This document shows, piece after piece, positions 1 through 10,867 of a stretch of 64,000 nt of DNA. Within the stretch, counting starts at the first letter, position 1; every line of letters begins with the position of its first letter. Location of the stretch: assembly GCA_041667145.1 (NCBI GenBank), contig JBAYFP010000001.1:121056-185055 (forward strand). The letters are read 5' to 3'. This stretch comes from Minisyncoccota bacterium (GTDB lineage: Bacteria > Patescibacteriota > Minisyncoccia > Phycocordibacterales > UBA9973). The position numbers and the translations under genes were made by a program. The notes beneath the pieces are model-generated. The model was not told where the DNA came from and did not search any database. It worked only from the letters and a program-made list of their open reading frames with translations.

Positions 1-392
1 CTCTTTCTCAAAAATCAAATATCAGACAAGTGATTCCTATTTCTAAAAATAGTTTGAAGGAATTGATGGAAGAAATACACCTCTCCCCAACCCCTCTCCT
101 TAATAAGGAGAGGGGCGAAGGGGTGAGGTCTAAAATAGATTACCTGTTTGAAGGTGATCAAGAAGCATTGATAAAGTCACTTGCAGAAAAAATAACTAGA
201 ATGCAGATTTATCAAATGATTCTTGAGTCCAATGCTTCAGAACAATCTTCTCGAATGGTCGCAATGAAGAATGCTTCGGAGGCTGCAGGGGAAATGATAG
301 ATGATTTGACATTAGTATTCAATAAAGCTCGCCAAGGCAATATTACGAGAGAAATTTCGGAAATAAGTGCAGGCATGGCTTCGGTGAATTAA
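1..392 (+). CDS. atpG: ATP synthase F1 gamma subunit, 5'-truncated by window edge; carries in-frame palindrome A1
   Basis: C-terminal SEQSSRMVAMKNASEAA...NKARQGNITREISEI; frame open from base 3; directly upstream of atpD. Confidence 0.96.
   Translation, partial: LSQKSNIRQVIPISKNSLKELMEEIHLSPTPLLNKERGEGVRSKIDYLFEGDQEALIKSLAEKITRMQIYQMILESNASEQSSRMVAMKNASEAAGEMIDDLTLVFNKARQGNITREISEISAGMASVN
78..130 (+). repeat. Palindromic element family A, copy 1 (in frame in atpG, encodes HLSPTPLLNKERGEGVR)
   Basis: Core hairpin CCCCTCTCCTTA-A-TAAGGAGAGGGG; reverse complement of 2544-2597 except one G. Confidence 0.93.
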
Positions 393-414
393 ATTTATTA
401 AAAATTATTATTAA

Positions 415-1782
<1,368 letters not shown>

Positions 1783-1785
1783 ACT

Positions 1786-2232
1786 ATGTCAAAAAAAATA
1801 TTATTAAAAATAATAACACCAGAGCGATTAATTTTAGAAGAAATGGTTGATCAAGTTAGTTTACCGACCACTCTTGGTGAAATTACTATTTTACCTGACC
1901 ATATTCCGTTAATAACAGAACTCACATCTGGAGATATCGTTGCTCTCGTAAATGGTGAGTATGTACCCATGGCTGTTGTAGGTGGGTTTATAGAAGTTAA
2001 AAAGGATGAGAATGACATAACGACAGTCGCTGTTTTAGCTGACTTTGCCGAACATATAAAAGAGCTTGGGGAGGATGTTATAGAAAAAGCAAAAACTCGT
2101 GCAGAAGAACTCAAGAAACAGATGGAGAATAAAGAGCATGTGGATTATGAACATTTTGCAACAGAACTCGAAAGATCTCTCACTCGCGTAAGAATTGCTG
2201 ATAAGTGGAGAACAAAAAAATATAGAAAATAA
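1786..2232 (+). CDS. atpC: ATP synthase F1 epsilon subunit
   Basis: IITPER...GEITILPDHIP...GGFIEV; follows atpD. Confidence 0.95.
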   Translation: MSKKILLKIITPERLILEEMVDQVSLPTTLGEITILPDHIPLITELTSGDIVALVNGEYVPMAVVGGFIEVKKDENDITTVAVLADFAEHIKELGEDVIEKAKTRAEELKKQMENKEHVDYEHFATELERSLTRVRIADKWRTKKYRK

Positions 2233-2234
2233 AA

Positions 2235-2957
2235 ATGAGTAAATTTTATGTAGTGGCGACGCCAATAGGTAATATGGGAGATATTACTCTCCGAGCCATT
2301 GAGACTCTAAAAGAGGTGGATTTAATATTGTGTGAGGATACTAGGGAAACAAGAAAAATCTTACAGAAATATAATATTAATACACCGACCATGAGCTATC
2401 ATACTCAAAGCAAGCTTGCTAAAGTAGATAAGATTTTTGAATTATTAGAAGAGGGGAAAAATCTAGCCTTAGTTTCTGATGCTGGCACACCGACTATTTC
2501 AGATCCAGGAGCAATGCTTATTTCTAAAATAAAAGAAAAATTTGACCTCACCCCTTCGCCCCTCTCCTTATTAAGGAGAGGGGTTGGGGGAGAGGTGGAT
2601 GTTCAGGTGATTCCAATCCCAGGCGCATCTGCTGTGATTGCTGCGCTTTCAGCTTCGGGATTGCCAACTCATGAATTTACTTTTCTTGGTTTTATGCCAC
2701 ACAAGAAAGGTAGAGAAACTCTTTTTAAGGAAATTGCTGAATCAAAGCGCACAATGATATTTTATGAATCTCCACATCGAATTTTAAAAACATTAGAATC
2801 TCTTGTAAAATTTTGCCCAAATAAAAAGGTCTGTATTGCTCGCGAGCTTACTAAAATTTATGAAGAAATTAAAACTGGCTCGCCATCTGAAATTTTAGAA
2901 TATCTCACTTCGAATCCCGTAAAACAAAAAGGGGAGTTTACGGTATTAGTCAGTTGA
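2235..2957 (+). CDS. rsmI: 16S rRNA C1402 2'-O-methyltransferase with in-frame palindrome A2
   Basis: VATPIGNMGDIT, EDTR, SDAGTPTISDPG, YESPHR, ARELTK. Confidence 0.97.
   Translation: MSKFYVVATPIGNMGDITLRAIETLKEVDLILCEDTRETRKILQKYNINTPTMSYHTQSKLAKVDKIFELLEEGKNLALVSDAGTPTISDPGAMLISKIKEKFDLTPSPLSLLRRGVGGEVDVQVIPIPGASAVIAALSASGLPTHEFTFLGFMPHKKGRETLFKEIAESKRTMIFYESPHRILKTLESLVKFCPNKKVCIARELTKIYEEIKTGSPSEILEYLTSNPVKQKGEFTVLVS
2544..2597 (-). repeat. Family A copy 2 (in frame in rsmI, encodes DLTPSPLSLLRRGVGGEV)
   Basis: 54 nt, near-exact reverse complement of 78-130. Confidence 0.93.
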
Positions 2958-2982
2958 CAAGAATATAATTTATTGTTAAGCT
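2954..2982 (+). promoter_or_regulatory. Sigma70-type promoter for the 3041 ORF
   Basis: TTGACA-17 nt-TAAGCT with TG extension; AAGGAG at 3027-3032. Confidence 0.6.
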
Positions 2983-3040
2983 AATTTTAGGTTTTTTGTT
3001 CTAATAATAATTTTTCTTTTTCAAGAAAGGAGATTTACTA

Positions 3041-3277
3041 ATGAGTAAAAAAGATAAAGCTATTGATGTTCTTCGTGGCATAGTTGCTAGAGAGAGTGGT
3101 ATTCCTTTAGACGAAGTCACTAAAGAAACAATTATCGGGGACGGGAACAGAATTTCAAGCGTGATGCTTGAAAATATATTAAGATGTATTAAAACTTTTT
3201 TCAATTACCAAGTCTCGTATCCTACTGTGATGACTATAAATAAGTTAGCTAGTATTGTTCATGCTCGCGTCCACTAA
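3041..3277 (+). CDS. Small hypothetical protein, acyl-carrier-protein-like
   Basis: 78 aa; VLRGIVARESGIPLDEVTKET and TINKLASIV resemble ACP helices I and IV; canonical DSL site degenerate; own promoter, SD and terminator. Confidence 0.55.
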   Translation: MSKKDKAIDVLRGIVARESGIPLDEVTKETIIGDGNRISSVMLENILRCIKTFFNYQVSYPTVMTINKLASIVHARVH

Positions 3278-3310
3278 GTCGTCGCTAGGGCTATCACTAC
3301 TCGTTTTCGA

Positions 3311-3340
3311 AAAAGCCGTATCCCTCTGGAAACGGCTTTT
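3311..3340. terminator. Probable bidirectional intrinsic terminator
   Basis: AAAAGCCGT...ACGGCTTTT between convergent genes. Confidence 0.75.
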
Positions 3341-5310
3341 TATAATAGATCTTCTGGATCTACAGATACCTCATAAGTTGGAGGTAAAGAAGAAAGAATA
3401 TTAAATAGGTTTTGATTTATAGACGAGCCGTGGAGAAGTTCAGGTAGTGACCATTTTAAGGGATCTAATTTTATTAGAGCATTGGTAACATATTGATTCT
3501 TATTTTTTGCCACAAATCCACCGAAAATATCTGGGTTATATTCTTTAAGGAGATTTTCTAATGCTTTCTTGGCTTTGGCCGATTCTTCTTTATCGCCTAA
3601 AAAAGTAATTTTAATAAAACGTTTGAATGGAGGATAATTCATATTTTTTCTATCTTCTAATTCTTCTCGTACAAATGGAAGTAAATTTTCTGATTTAACA
3701 GCAAGTAAAGCTTGGTCATTTATATTTTTCGTTTGGATGATTAGTTTATTTTCAGTTTTTCCAAGCATGGAAAGTAAAAGCTGAATTATTTTTTCGCTCA
3801 TTTTATAGTTTGGGATACTCCAAAGAGAGTCAAATGAAGCTATAATAGATAAGTTAATTTTTTCTTGAAGATAGAAAAAAACCATCTCTGTGCCTACTAA
3901 GATAGACCCATGGTTCTCTTCAAATTCTTCTATTATTTCATCTGCTCCTTTAGCTGTTTTCGCGGATTCTTTGTCTAGTTTAAAAATTTTAACTTTGGGG
4001 AATTTATTTTTTATTTCCTCAAAAACTGTATCTGTACCTATGCCTAGTGGTATAAGATTCCAGCTGTCACAATTTGGGCATTTAGTCTCAGGGTCCTTTT
4101 CGGTGCCACATCTATTACATATAAACATTCGTTTTTTGCCATCTCGGGATAAGTACAATACGAGAGGAGCAAGACATTTTTCACAGTTTATTGTTTCATT
4201 GCAGTCCTTGCATATGGTGTAGGTGGCCAATCCTTTTCTTAAAGAAAAGATAAAGACATTTTTTTTATTATTTAAACTATTTTCTATCTCTTCAATGCTT
4301 TTTTCTGAAAATAGTTGAAATTTAGGATTTTTTGTTTGATCTTGCGGAGGCAAAATTTCTTTTTCATTTGGATTTATTATATCCATTTTTACTTTGTCGA
4401 AATTAGTTCTAAAAGACATTGGATAGACTTCGTTTAATCCCTCAATTTCTTTTCTAGCTATAGTTTCAAAATGTAACAATGTATCACCCAATATAAATTT
4501 AGTATTGATTTTTGAGGCGTAAAGTTCAGCAAAAATCCTTAAATCAAAATGAGGTTTGGGAATCATTTTATAGACATTTGAATTTTCGTGCTCCACTACG
4601 ATGGCTCCTATATCTATCCTTGGAATAGATAAAAACTGAGCGGTACACAATATCAACACCCCATGAGGGGAGTTGATTATTTGTTCATATTTTTCAAGTA
4701 TTTTTTTAGGTCTTAATCCGTTGTGTATAGAGAAGGTAAAATTTTCAATGCCTTTCGAAAGCGATTGATAAAATATCTCTATATCATATTCTGTCGGTAA
4801 TACGATAAAAACCGATTTTTTTTGAGCGAAATATCCTCTTATCAATGTTTTATAATAAGAAATACGATCATCAAAGTTAGCTTGAAAAAGTAATTTTTCA
4901 GTTTTAATTTCAGGTGATGTGATATTAGTCGTTTCGGTTGTCACATCACTGTTAGAAAATTTTGCTATTTTGTCATATTTTTCTCTAAAGATAGATGGAA
5001 TGAGTGAAATAATTCCGCTATTTTTTTTAGAAACAAAGTATGAACTCATAAGAAGAGCAGATTCAATAAATTCATTTCTAAAAATAGAATGTTCTTTGAT
5101 TTCGATTATTTTTTTTAAATTGAAAGACATATCTTTTATGTCAGATTTTGCAGTCGAAACATCTTCACAGGAAATTACTAAACCTAATATTTTTTTGTTA
5201 CGTATAGGAGCACTCACGATGCTTCCATTTTTTATGTCTTTTGCTGTAAAATATGTCAAATCTGATTTGAAAATTCCTTTTTCTAGCGGTAATATTGTCA
5301 CAATTTTCAT
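3340..5310 (-). CDS. priA: Primosomal protein N' with degenerate helicase motifs
   Basis: Four CxxC pairs, RKG, GIGT, ILVGT, YPPF, VDP C-terminus. Confidence 0.9.
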   Translation of the reverse strand: MKIVTILPLEKGIFKSDLTYFTAKDIKNGSIVSAPIRNKKILGLVISCEDVSTAKSDIKDMSFNLKKIIEIKEHSIFRNEFIESALLMSSYFVSKKNSGIISLIPSIFREKYDKIAKFSNSDVTTETTNITSPEIKTEKLLFQANFDDRISYYKTLIRGYFAQKKSVFIVLPTEYDIEIFYQSLSKGIENFTFSIHNGLRPKKILEKYEQIINSPHGVLILCTAQFLSIPRIDIGAIVVEHENSNVYKMIPKPHFDLRIFAELYASKINTKFILGDTLLHFETIARKEIEGLNEVYPMSFRTNFDKVKMDIINPNEKEILPPQDQTKNPKFQLFSEKSIEEIENSLNNKKNVFIFSLRKGLATYTICKDCNETINCEKCLAPLVLYLSRDGKKRMFICNRCGTEKDPETKCPNCDSWNLIPLGIGTDTVFEEIKNKFPKVKIFKLDKESAKTAKGADEIIEEFEENHGSILVGTEMVFFYLQEKINLSIIASFDSLWSIPNYKMSEKIIQLLLSMLGKTENKLIIQTKNINDQALLAVKSENLLPFVREELEDRKNMNYPPFKRFIKITFLGDKEESAKAKKALENLLKEYNPDIFGGFVAKNKNQYVTNALIKLDPLKWSLPELLHGSSINQNLFNILSSLPPTYEVSVDPEDLL

Positions 5311-5347
5311 CTTTTCATTCTAGCATAATTTGTGATATATTTAGCCA

Positions 5348-6361
5348 ATGAGTATTTTTTCCAGAAAATTAGGGATAGATCTAGGTACAGCTAATACTTT
5401 GGTATTTTTGCCTGGCAAGGGTATCGTTTTGAATGAGCCTTCTGTGGTAGCAGTTTCAGAACAGGATAATAAGATTTTAGCTATTGGTTTTGAGGCTAAA
5501 GATATGATTGGTAAAACGCCTGATAATATTATTACTTATTGCCCAATGAAAGATGGAGTTATCGCAGATTATCGAGTGACAGAAGCGATGCTTCGTTATT
5601 TTATTAATAAGGCATTAGGGAAATTTAATCTTTTTAAACCAGATGTGATGGTTTCTGTACCGGCTGGTGTCACAAGTACAGAACGCAGGGCTGTGGTAGA
5701 AGCTGCGATACGTGCAGGCGCTAGGAATGCTTATGTAGTGAAAGAGCCGATCCTCGCAGCTATTGGTGCTGGTATACCTATTTATGAATCGAAGGGATAT
5801 ATGGTAGTTGATATTGGTGGAGGTACGACAGATGTGGCTGTGATATCTCTTGGAGGAATAGTTGCTTCAACTTCAGTAAAATGTGCCGGAAATAAAATTG
5901 ATCAAGCGATCGCTGATTATATTAAGAAAACTTTTAATTTAGCCATAGGAGATAGGACAGCAGAAGAAGTAAAAATTAAAATTGGTGCAGCTGTGGCGCT
6001 AGAAGAAGAAATTAGAGTTACAATCAAAGGACGTGATTTTATTCAAGGGTTACCTAGGTCTGCTCAAGTCGGAACCAACGAAATAGTCAAAGCCATAGAT
6101 GGGGAATTGAAGCAAATAATAAAAGCTATTAAAGACGTATTACAAGAAACTCCCCCCGAACTTGCTTCAGATATTATGGATTATGGCATTATAATGACAG
6201 GTGGCTCTTCACAATTACGTAATTTCCCAGATTTAGTTTATAGAAAGACAGGGGTCAAGGCGACACTTGCTGATGATGCTTTGTTTTGTGTAGTGAAAGG
6301 TACAGGTATAGCGCTCGAGCATTTAGATGTCTATAAAAAAACTGTCTTAAGTAAAAAATAA
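5348..6361 (+). CDS. mreB: Rod shape-determining protein MreB
   Basis: GIDLGTANT, DIGGGTTD, TPPEL. Confidence 0.97.
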   Translation: MSIFSRKLGIDLGTANTLVFLPGKGIVLNEPSVVAVSEQDNKILAIGFEAKDMIGKTPDNIITYCPMKDGVIADYRVTEAMLRYFINKALGKFNLFKPDVMVSVPAGVTSTERRAVVEAAIRAGARNAYVVKEPILAAIGAGIPIYESKGYMVVDIGGGTTDVAVISLGGIVASTSVKCAGNKIDQAIADYIKKTFNLAIGDRTAEEVKIKIGAAVALEEEIRVTIKGRDFIQGLPRSAQVGTNEIVKAIDGELKQIIKAIKDVLQETPPELASDIMDYGIIMTGGSSQLRNFPDLVYRKTGVKATLADDALFCVVKGTGIALEHLDVYKKTVLSKK

Positions 6362-6362
6362 A

Positions 6363-7136
6363 ATGAGCATTCTAGAAAATCTAGATAAAAATAATTTGCA
6401 CCATGCATATCTGATAGAAGGGGTTCGGGAAGAGATTGTGCCAGAGATTTTAGTACTTATGAAAAATCTTGGTATAGAAACTTCTAGCAATCCAGATTTT
6501 TGTCATATATCTGTAGATTCTTTTAAGATTGAAGATGCTCGTAATTTAAAATCAGTAGAATATGAAAAAGGTTTTTCAAATGGTAAAAAAATATTTTTAA
6601 TTTCTGCTAATAATTTTTTATTAGAAGCGCAAAATACATTACTTAAAATATTTGAAGAGCCGATAGAGAATACGCATTTCTTCTTGATTGTGCCAGATAA
6701 AAATATTTTACTTAAGACTTTAGTTTCTAGATTTTATTTGATTCCTACTAAACAAAATTTAGATGAAGGACTAAAAAAAGAAGCAGAGAAATTTATCAAA
6801 ATGCCTTTAAGAGATAGAATTGATTTTATTAAAGAATTATTAACAGAAGCAGAAGAAAATACGGAGGCCTTGCCTTCGCAAGGCGAAAGCAAGGCCTCCG
6901 CCAGATCCAAAGCATTGAAATTTTTAAATGCATTGGAAGCTATGTTGAATAGCAAATTTGTAAAGAATTTTTCCGGCTTAACCCTTCCCGGAGTACCGGG
7001 CGGGACCCACACCGTTCAAAATTCTTTACAAATTTGCTATCAACATATTTTTAAAGTTCGGGAGTTTTTAAATCAACCTGGTTCTTCGGTAAAGACTTTA
7101 ATGGAATCTGTGGCTTTGACTATTCCTAGTTTTTAA
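6363..7136 (+). CDS. holB: DNA polymerase III delta-prime-like subunit with two in-frame palindromic insertions
   Basis: HHAYLI, AQNTLLKIFEEP, TLVSR. Confidence 0.8.
   Translation: MSILENLDKNNLHHAYLIEGVREEIVPEILVLMKNLGIETSSNPDFCHISVDSFKIEDARNLKSVEYEKGFSNGKKIFLISANNFLLEAQNTLLKIFEEPIENTHFFLIVPDKNILLKTLVSRFYLIPTKQNLDEGLKKEAEKFIKMPLRDRIDFIKELLTEAEENTEALPSQGESKASARSKALKFLNALEAMLNSKFVKNFSGLTLPGVPGGTHTVQNSLQICYQHIFKVREFLNQPGSSVKTLMESVALTIPSF
6862..6900. repeat. Family D palindrome in frame in holB (TEALPSQGESKAS)
   Basis: CGGAGGCCTTGC...GCAAGGCCTCCG 12-bp arms; shares CGGAGGC/GCCTCCG with 27464-27482. Confidence 0.8.
6949..7040. repeat. Family E long hairpin in frame in holB
   Basis: Perfect 23-bp inverted arms ATAGCAAATTTGTAAAGAATTTT around a 46-nt GC-rich core. 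Confidence 0.88.
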
Positions 7137-7165
7137 CTTTTATCATTAAATGATATAATTATCAT

Positions 7166-7717
7166 ATGCAATACAACTTTTCAAATTTTAAATTAGAAAT
7201 TAACAAAATAGCCGAATATTTAGGTAAAGAATACAGCCAACTAAATATAGGCCGAGCATCACCTATGATTCTTGATGGAGTTTCTGTAGAGTCATATGGT
7301 TCATACGTTCCATTGAAAAATGTTGCTTCTGTATCTATCGAAGATCCAAAGACATTGCGTATTGTTGCTTGGGATAAAAATCAGTTAAAAGAAATTGAGA
7401 AGGCAATTATTTCTTCAAACTTAGGGCTAAGCGTCGCTGTTGATGGATCTGGAATAAGAGTTATTTTTCCTCAATTGACGACAGAAACGAGACAGACTCT
7501 TGTAAGGGTTCTAAAAGAAAAATTAGAGGAAAGTAGAATAACAGTGCGTAAGGAACGTGAAAGAATTTGGGATGAGGTTCAAAAATTAGAGAAAGAAGGC
7601 AAAATGCCTGAGGATGATAAATTTCGAGCTAAAGAAGAACTACAAAAAGTTATAGATGAGATAAATGGAAAACTGGAAAGTATTTTTGAAAAGAAGGAAA
7701 AAGAAGTTATGGGGTAA
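7166..7717 (+). CDS. frr: Ribosome recycling factor
   Basis: GRASPMILDGVSVESYG, PQLTTETR, EDDKFR. Confidence 0.96.
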   Translation: MQYNFSNFKLEINKIAEYLGKEYSQLNIGRASPMILDGVSVESYGSYVPLKNVASVSIEDPKTLRIVAWDKNQLKEIEKAIISSNLGLSVAVDGSGIRVIFPQLTTETRQTLVRVLKEKLEESRITVRKERERIWDEVQKLEKEGKMPEDDKFRAKEELQKVIDEINGKLESIFEKKEKEVMG

Positions 7718-7724
7718 ATAGATT

Positions 7725-8900
7725 ATGAATATTATAATTTTTGTTGTAATTTTATTGATATTGGTTCTCGTTCATGAATGTGGGCATTTTTTTACTGCTA
7801 AGAAATTTGGTATTCGTGTAGATGAATTTGGCTTTGGTTTCCCTCCAAAATTATTTAGTTTTAAAAAAGGGGAGACAGAATATTCTATAAATGCTTTGCC
7901 TTTTGGAGGATTTGTTAAAATTTTTGGAGAAGATATGGATGAGGCAGATCTTTTAGAGGTTGGATTTTTAGATAAGAAACCTGCCCGCAATGCTGAAAGC
8001 ATAGCTTCTGCAGGCGGGGAAACTGTTGAAAAAGTTGATTTAGCTAGGAGTTTGGTAAGTAAACCTAAATATCAACAAGCAATGGTTATGTTTGCAGGTA
8101 TTTTTGCGAATTTTTTGCTAGCTTGGCTTTTATTTTCTGTGGGTTTTATCTCAGGGCTACCGACATCAGTAGGAAGTGAACCGAAAGGATATTCTGTGGC
8201 AGATGCGCATTTGGTTTTAGTTTCTGTTTTAGCTGGTTCGCCAGCAGAGATTTCAGGATTAAAGACTGGAGATAAAATAGTTTCCATAAAAAGTGGCAGT
8301 GATATTATTTCTGATATCAATCCTGATACATTAAAATCTTTTATACTCTCACATGGAGATAAGAAAATTGAATTTGGATATTTACGTGGAAAAAGTGAAA
8401 CGATAAACATCACAAATGTGACACCTATTAAAAAAACTGTTAATGAAAACCCCACTATTGGCATAGCTATGGACCAGATAGGAACCCTCAGATTGCCTAT
8501 TTTGAACGCTTTTTGGGAAGGGTTGAAGTTAGACTGGAATGTGACAAAAGGCACTGTAGTGGGCCTTTATACGCTTATATCAGGTGCTATACAAGGTAAA
8601 GGTAGCTTTTCTCAAGTTACAGGACCTGTAGGAATGGTAGGCATCGTAGGCGATGCATATCAATTTGGTTTTGTTTATCTTCTTTCTTTTATGGCATTGA
8701 TTTCAGTCAATTTAGCCATAATAAATCTTATTCCGTTTCCAGCACTCGATGGCGGAAGGATATTATTTTTACTTATTGAAAAAATAAAAGGTTCTCGCTT
8801 AAATCCTAAATTTGCAAATTATGCAAACATGATCGGTTTTGCTATTTTGATTTTATTGATGTTGGTTGTGACGTATCATGATGTAGTGAAATTGTTTTGA
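7725..8900 (+). CDS. rseP: RIP metalloprotease RseP (M50, PDZ) with in-frame family C insertion
   Basis: HECGH, NLIPFPALDGG, PDZ-like SPAEISGLKTGDKI. Confidence 0.95.
   Translation: MNIIIFVVILLILVLVHECGHFFTAKKFGIRVDEFGFGFPPKLFSFKKGETEYSINALPFGGFVKIFGEDMDEADLLEVGFLDKKPARNAESIASAGGETVEKVDLARSLVSKPKYQQAMVMFAGIFANFLLAWLLFSVGFISGLPTSVGSEPKGYSVADAHLVLVSVLAGSPAEISGLKTGDKIVSIKSGSDIISDINPDTLKSFILSHGDKKIEFGYLRGKSETINITNVTPIKKTVNENPTIGIAMDQIGTLRLPILNAFWEGLKLDWNVTKGTVVGLYTLISGAIQGKGSFSQVTGPVGMVGIVGDAYQFGFVYLLSFMALISVNLAIINLIPFPALDGGRILFLLIEKIKGSRLNPKFANYANMIGFAILILLMLVVTYHDVVKLF
7980..8020 (+). repeat. Family C element in frame in rseP (PARNAESIASAGG)
   Basis: CCTGCCCGC...GCAGGCGGG; 33/41 nt identical to 54424-54464. 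Confidence 0.85.
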
Positions 8901-8960
8901 TCTCACCCCCAGCCCCTCTCCTTAATAAGGAGAGGGTGGCCGAAGGTCGGGTGAGGTGAA
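8901..8960 (+). repeat. Family A copy 3, intergenic
   Basis: CTCACCCCCAGCCCCTCTCCTTAATAAGGAGAGGG...GGGTGAGGTGAA. Confidence 0.9.
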
Positions 8961-8963
8961 TTT

Positions 8964-10679
8964 ATGAAATCAGAAATCAAAACCTGTCAGAATTGCAAGA
9001 AAGACTTTACAATAGAGCCAGAAGATTTTAATTTTTATGAAAAAATAAATGTTCCTCCACCAACATTTTGCCCAGAATGCAGGATGGTGCGACGCCTTAC
9101 TTGAAGAAATGAGCGTTCTTTATTTCATGCGATATGTGATAGTTGTGGTAAAAAAATGTTTTCTTCTTATTCATCAAAAAAAGATTATAAAATTTTCTGT
9201 AGAGAATGTTGGCTTTCAGATAATTTAGATCCTCTTTTATATGGACAAGACTATGATTTTTCCAAACCATTTTTTGAACAATTTAAAGAACTTTCAGAAA
9301 AAATACCCCATCTAAATCTTTTTCAGATTAATACAAAAAATTCTGATTATGCCAATGCAGTTAGAGATAGTAAAAATATCTATCTTTCATATTCTGTAGT
9401 AGATGGAGAAGACGTTTTTTATTCTAAAGACATTGATCGTTCTAGGCAAATTTATGATAGTATCACGACGACTGATTCTGAGAAATCAGCTTTTCTTGTT
9501 TATTGTGTAAATGATTACAATGTTATCTATTCAGTAATGACTATGGATTGTTTTGATTCTTCTTTTCTTTTTGATTGCCGAAATTGTTCTAATTGTTTTA
9601 TGTCTACTAATTTAAGGAACCAGCAATACGTATATAAGAATCATAAGTATAGCAAAGAAGAATATTTTTCTATAATTAATCAGATTGATACAGGTAGTCA
9701 CGAGGAGTTTAAAAAATTGGTGACAGAGTTTGAAGAAATGAAATGTAAGGCTATTCATAAGTATTCTCATGTTGGTAAATCCGTTATCAATTCTACGGGG
9801 GATGCTATAAGTAATACTAGAAATTCAAAAGAATGCTTTAACGCATATAACACAGAAAATGTGAAATGGGTTTATAGAGGTTTTGATTTAAAAGATTCCT
9901 ATGATTGCAATCATGGTGGGCTTATGTCTGAGCTAGTATATGAATTTATATCTGGAGGGAAAGAAGAATATAAGACATATTTTACTGCTTCTGCTATGAA
10001 TCCATTACGGGACACTTATTATACTGCTTGGTCTACAGGTTCAAAATTATTTGGTTGTTTTGGTATTAAAGGTGATAGTTATTGTATCTTAAATAAAAAA
10101 TATACCAAAGAAGAATATGAAGAATTAATACCAAAAGTAATTAAACATATGAATGATATGCCTTATGTGAATGATAAGGGAAGAGTGTATAGATTTGGTG
10201 AGTTCTTTCCTTTTGAACTTTCTCCTTATGCATACAATGAATCTGTCGCTCAAGAATTTTTTCCGTTATCATCTGAAGAGATAGTAAATAAAGGTTATAC
10301 ATATTATGAAAATGAAAAGAATAAATATGAAATTACTAAAAAGCCTGAAGACTTGCCAGATAATATATCTGAAGTTAATGAAGATATATTAAAAGAAGTC
10401 ATTGAATGTGAACATAAAGGAGAATGTTTGCATCAATGTACTACTGCTTTTAAAATACACCCTGAAGAGTTTTCTTTTTATCGTAATCACAAACTCCCAA
10501 TTCCACATTTATGTCCCAATTGTCGTTTTTATGAAAGATTAAAATATCGTAACCCTTGGAAACTTTGGCATAGAAAATGCATGAAGGAAGGGTGTACTAA
10601 TGAATTTGAGACTCCTTATGCTCCAGATAGACCTGAAACAATCTATTGTGAACGTTGTTATCAGCGTGAAGTATACTAG
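8964..10679 (+). pseudogene. Cys-rich multi-zinc-ribbon CPR-type protein interrupted by in-frame TGA at 9102-9104
   Basis: ATG 8964 is in frame with ORF 9156: MKSEIKTCQNCKKDF...PPPTFCPECRMVRRLT*RNERSLF...; C-terminal LCPNCR and YCERCYQREVY; paralog at 62517-64000. Confidence 0.8.
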
Positions 10680-10765
10680 AGACGTTGGACATCTGGGAGT
10701 ACCCAGGTGTACAACGTCTGAGTTTCTTGACGTTGTACGTCTTCCTGAGACGTCCAACGTCTAAA
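10680..10765 (+). repeat. Family B REP-like element, double hairpin
   Basis: Four GACGTTG(G/T)AC-type units in two inverted pairs; 85/86 identical to the reverse complement of 49431-49516. Confidence 0.93.
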
Positions 10766-10867
10766 TTAATTTTGCAAAGATATTTTATTTTATGCACATA
10801 GTCCTTGACTATTGTTTTTTATTTTGTAATATAAGGATATACTAGAAATAATTTTTTGCAAAGGTAT

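Noticed and set aside
9102-9104. Genome-wide TGA reassignment (code 4 or 25)
   Set aside because: TGA terminates rsmI (2955-2957), rseP (8898-8900) and dnaX (39434-39436), and long Gly/Trp-rich ORFs contain no internal TGA
10680-10765. CRISPR mini-array
   Set aside because: Units alternate in orientation with spacers of only a few bases, the whole block is duplicated elsewhere, and there are no cas genes
10539-10797. Short antisense ORFs containing DVGRLRKTYNV (also 62474-62677)
   Set aside because: They are translations of the family B repeat overlapping real genes on another frame or strand
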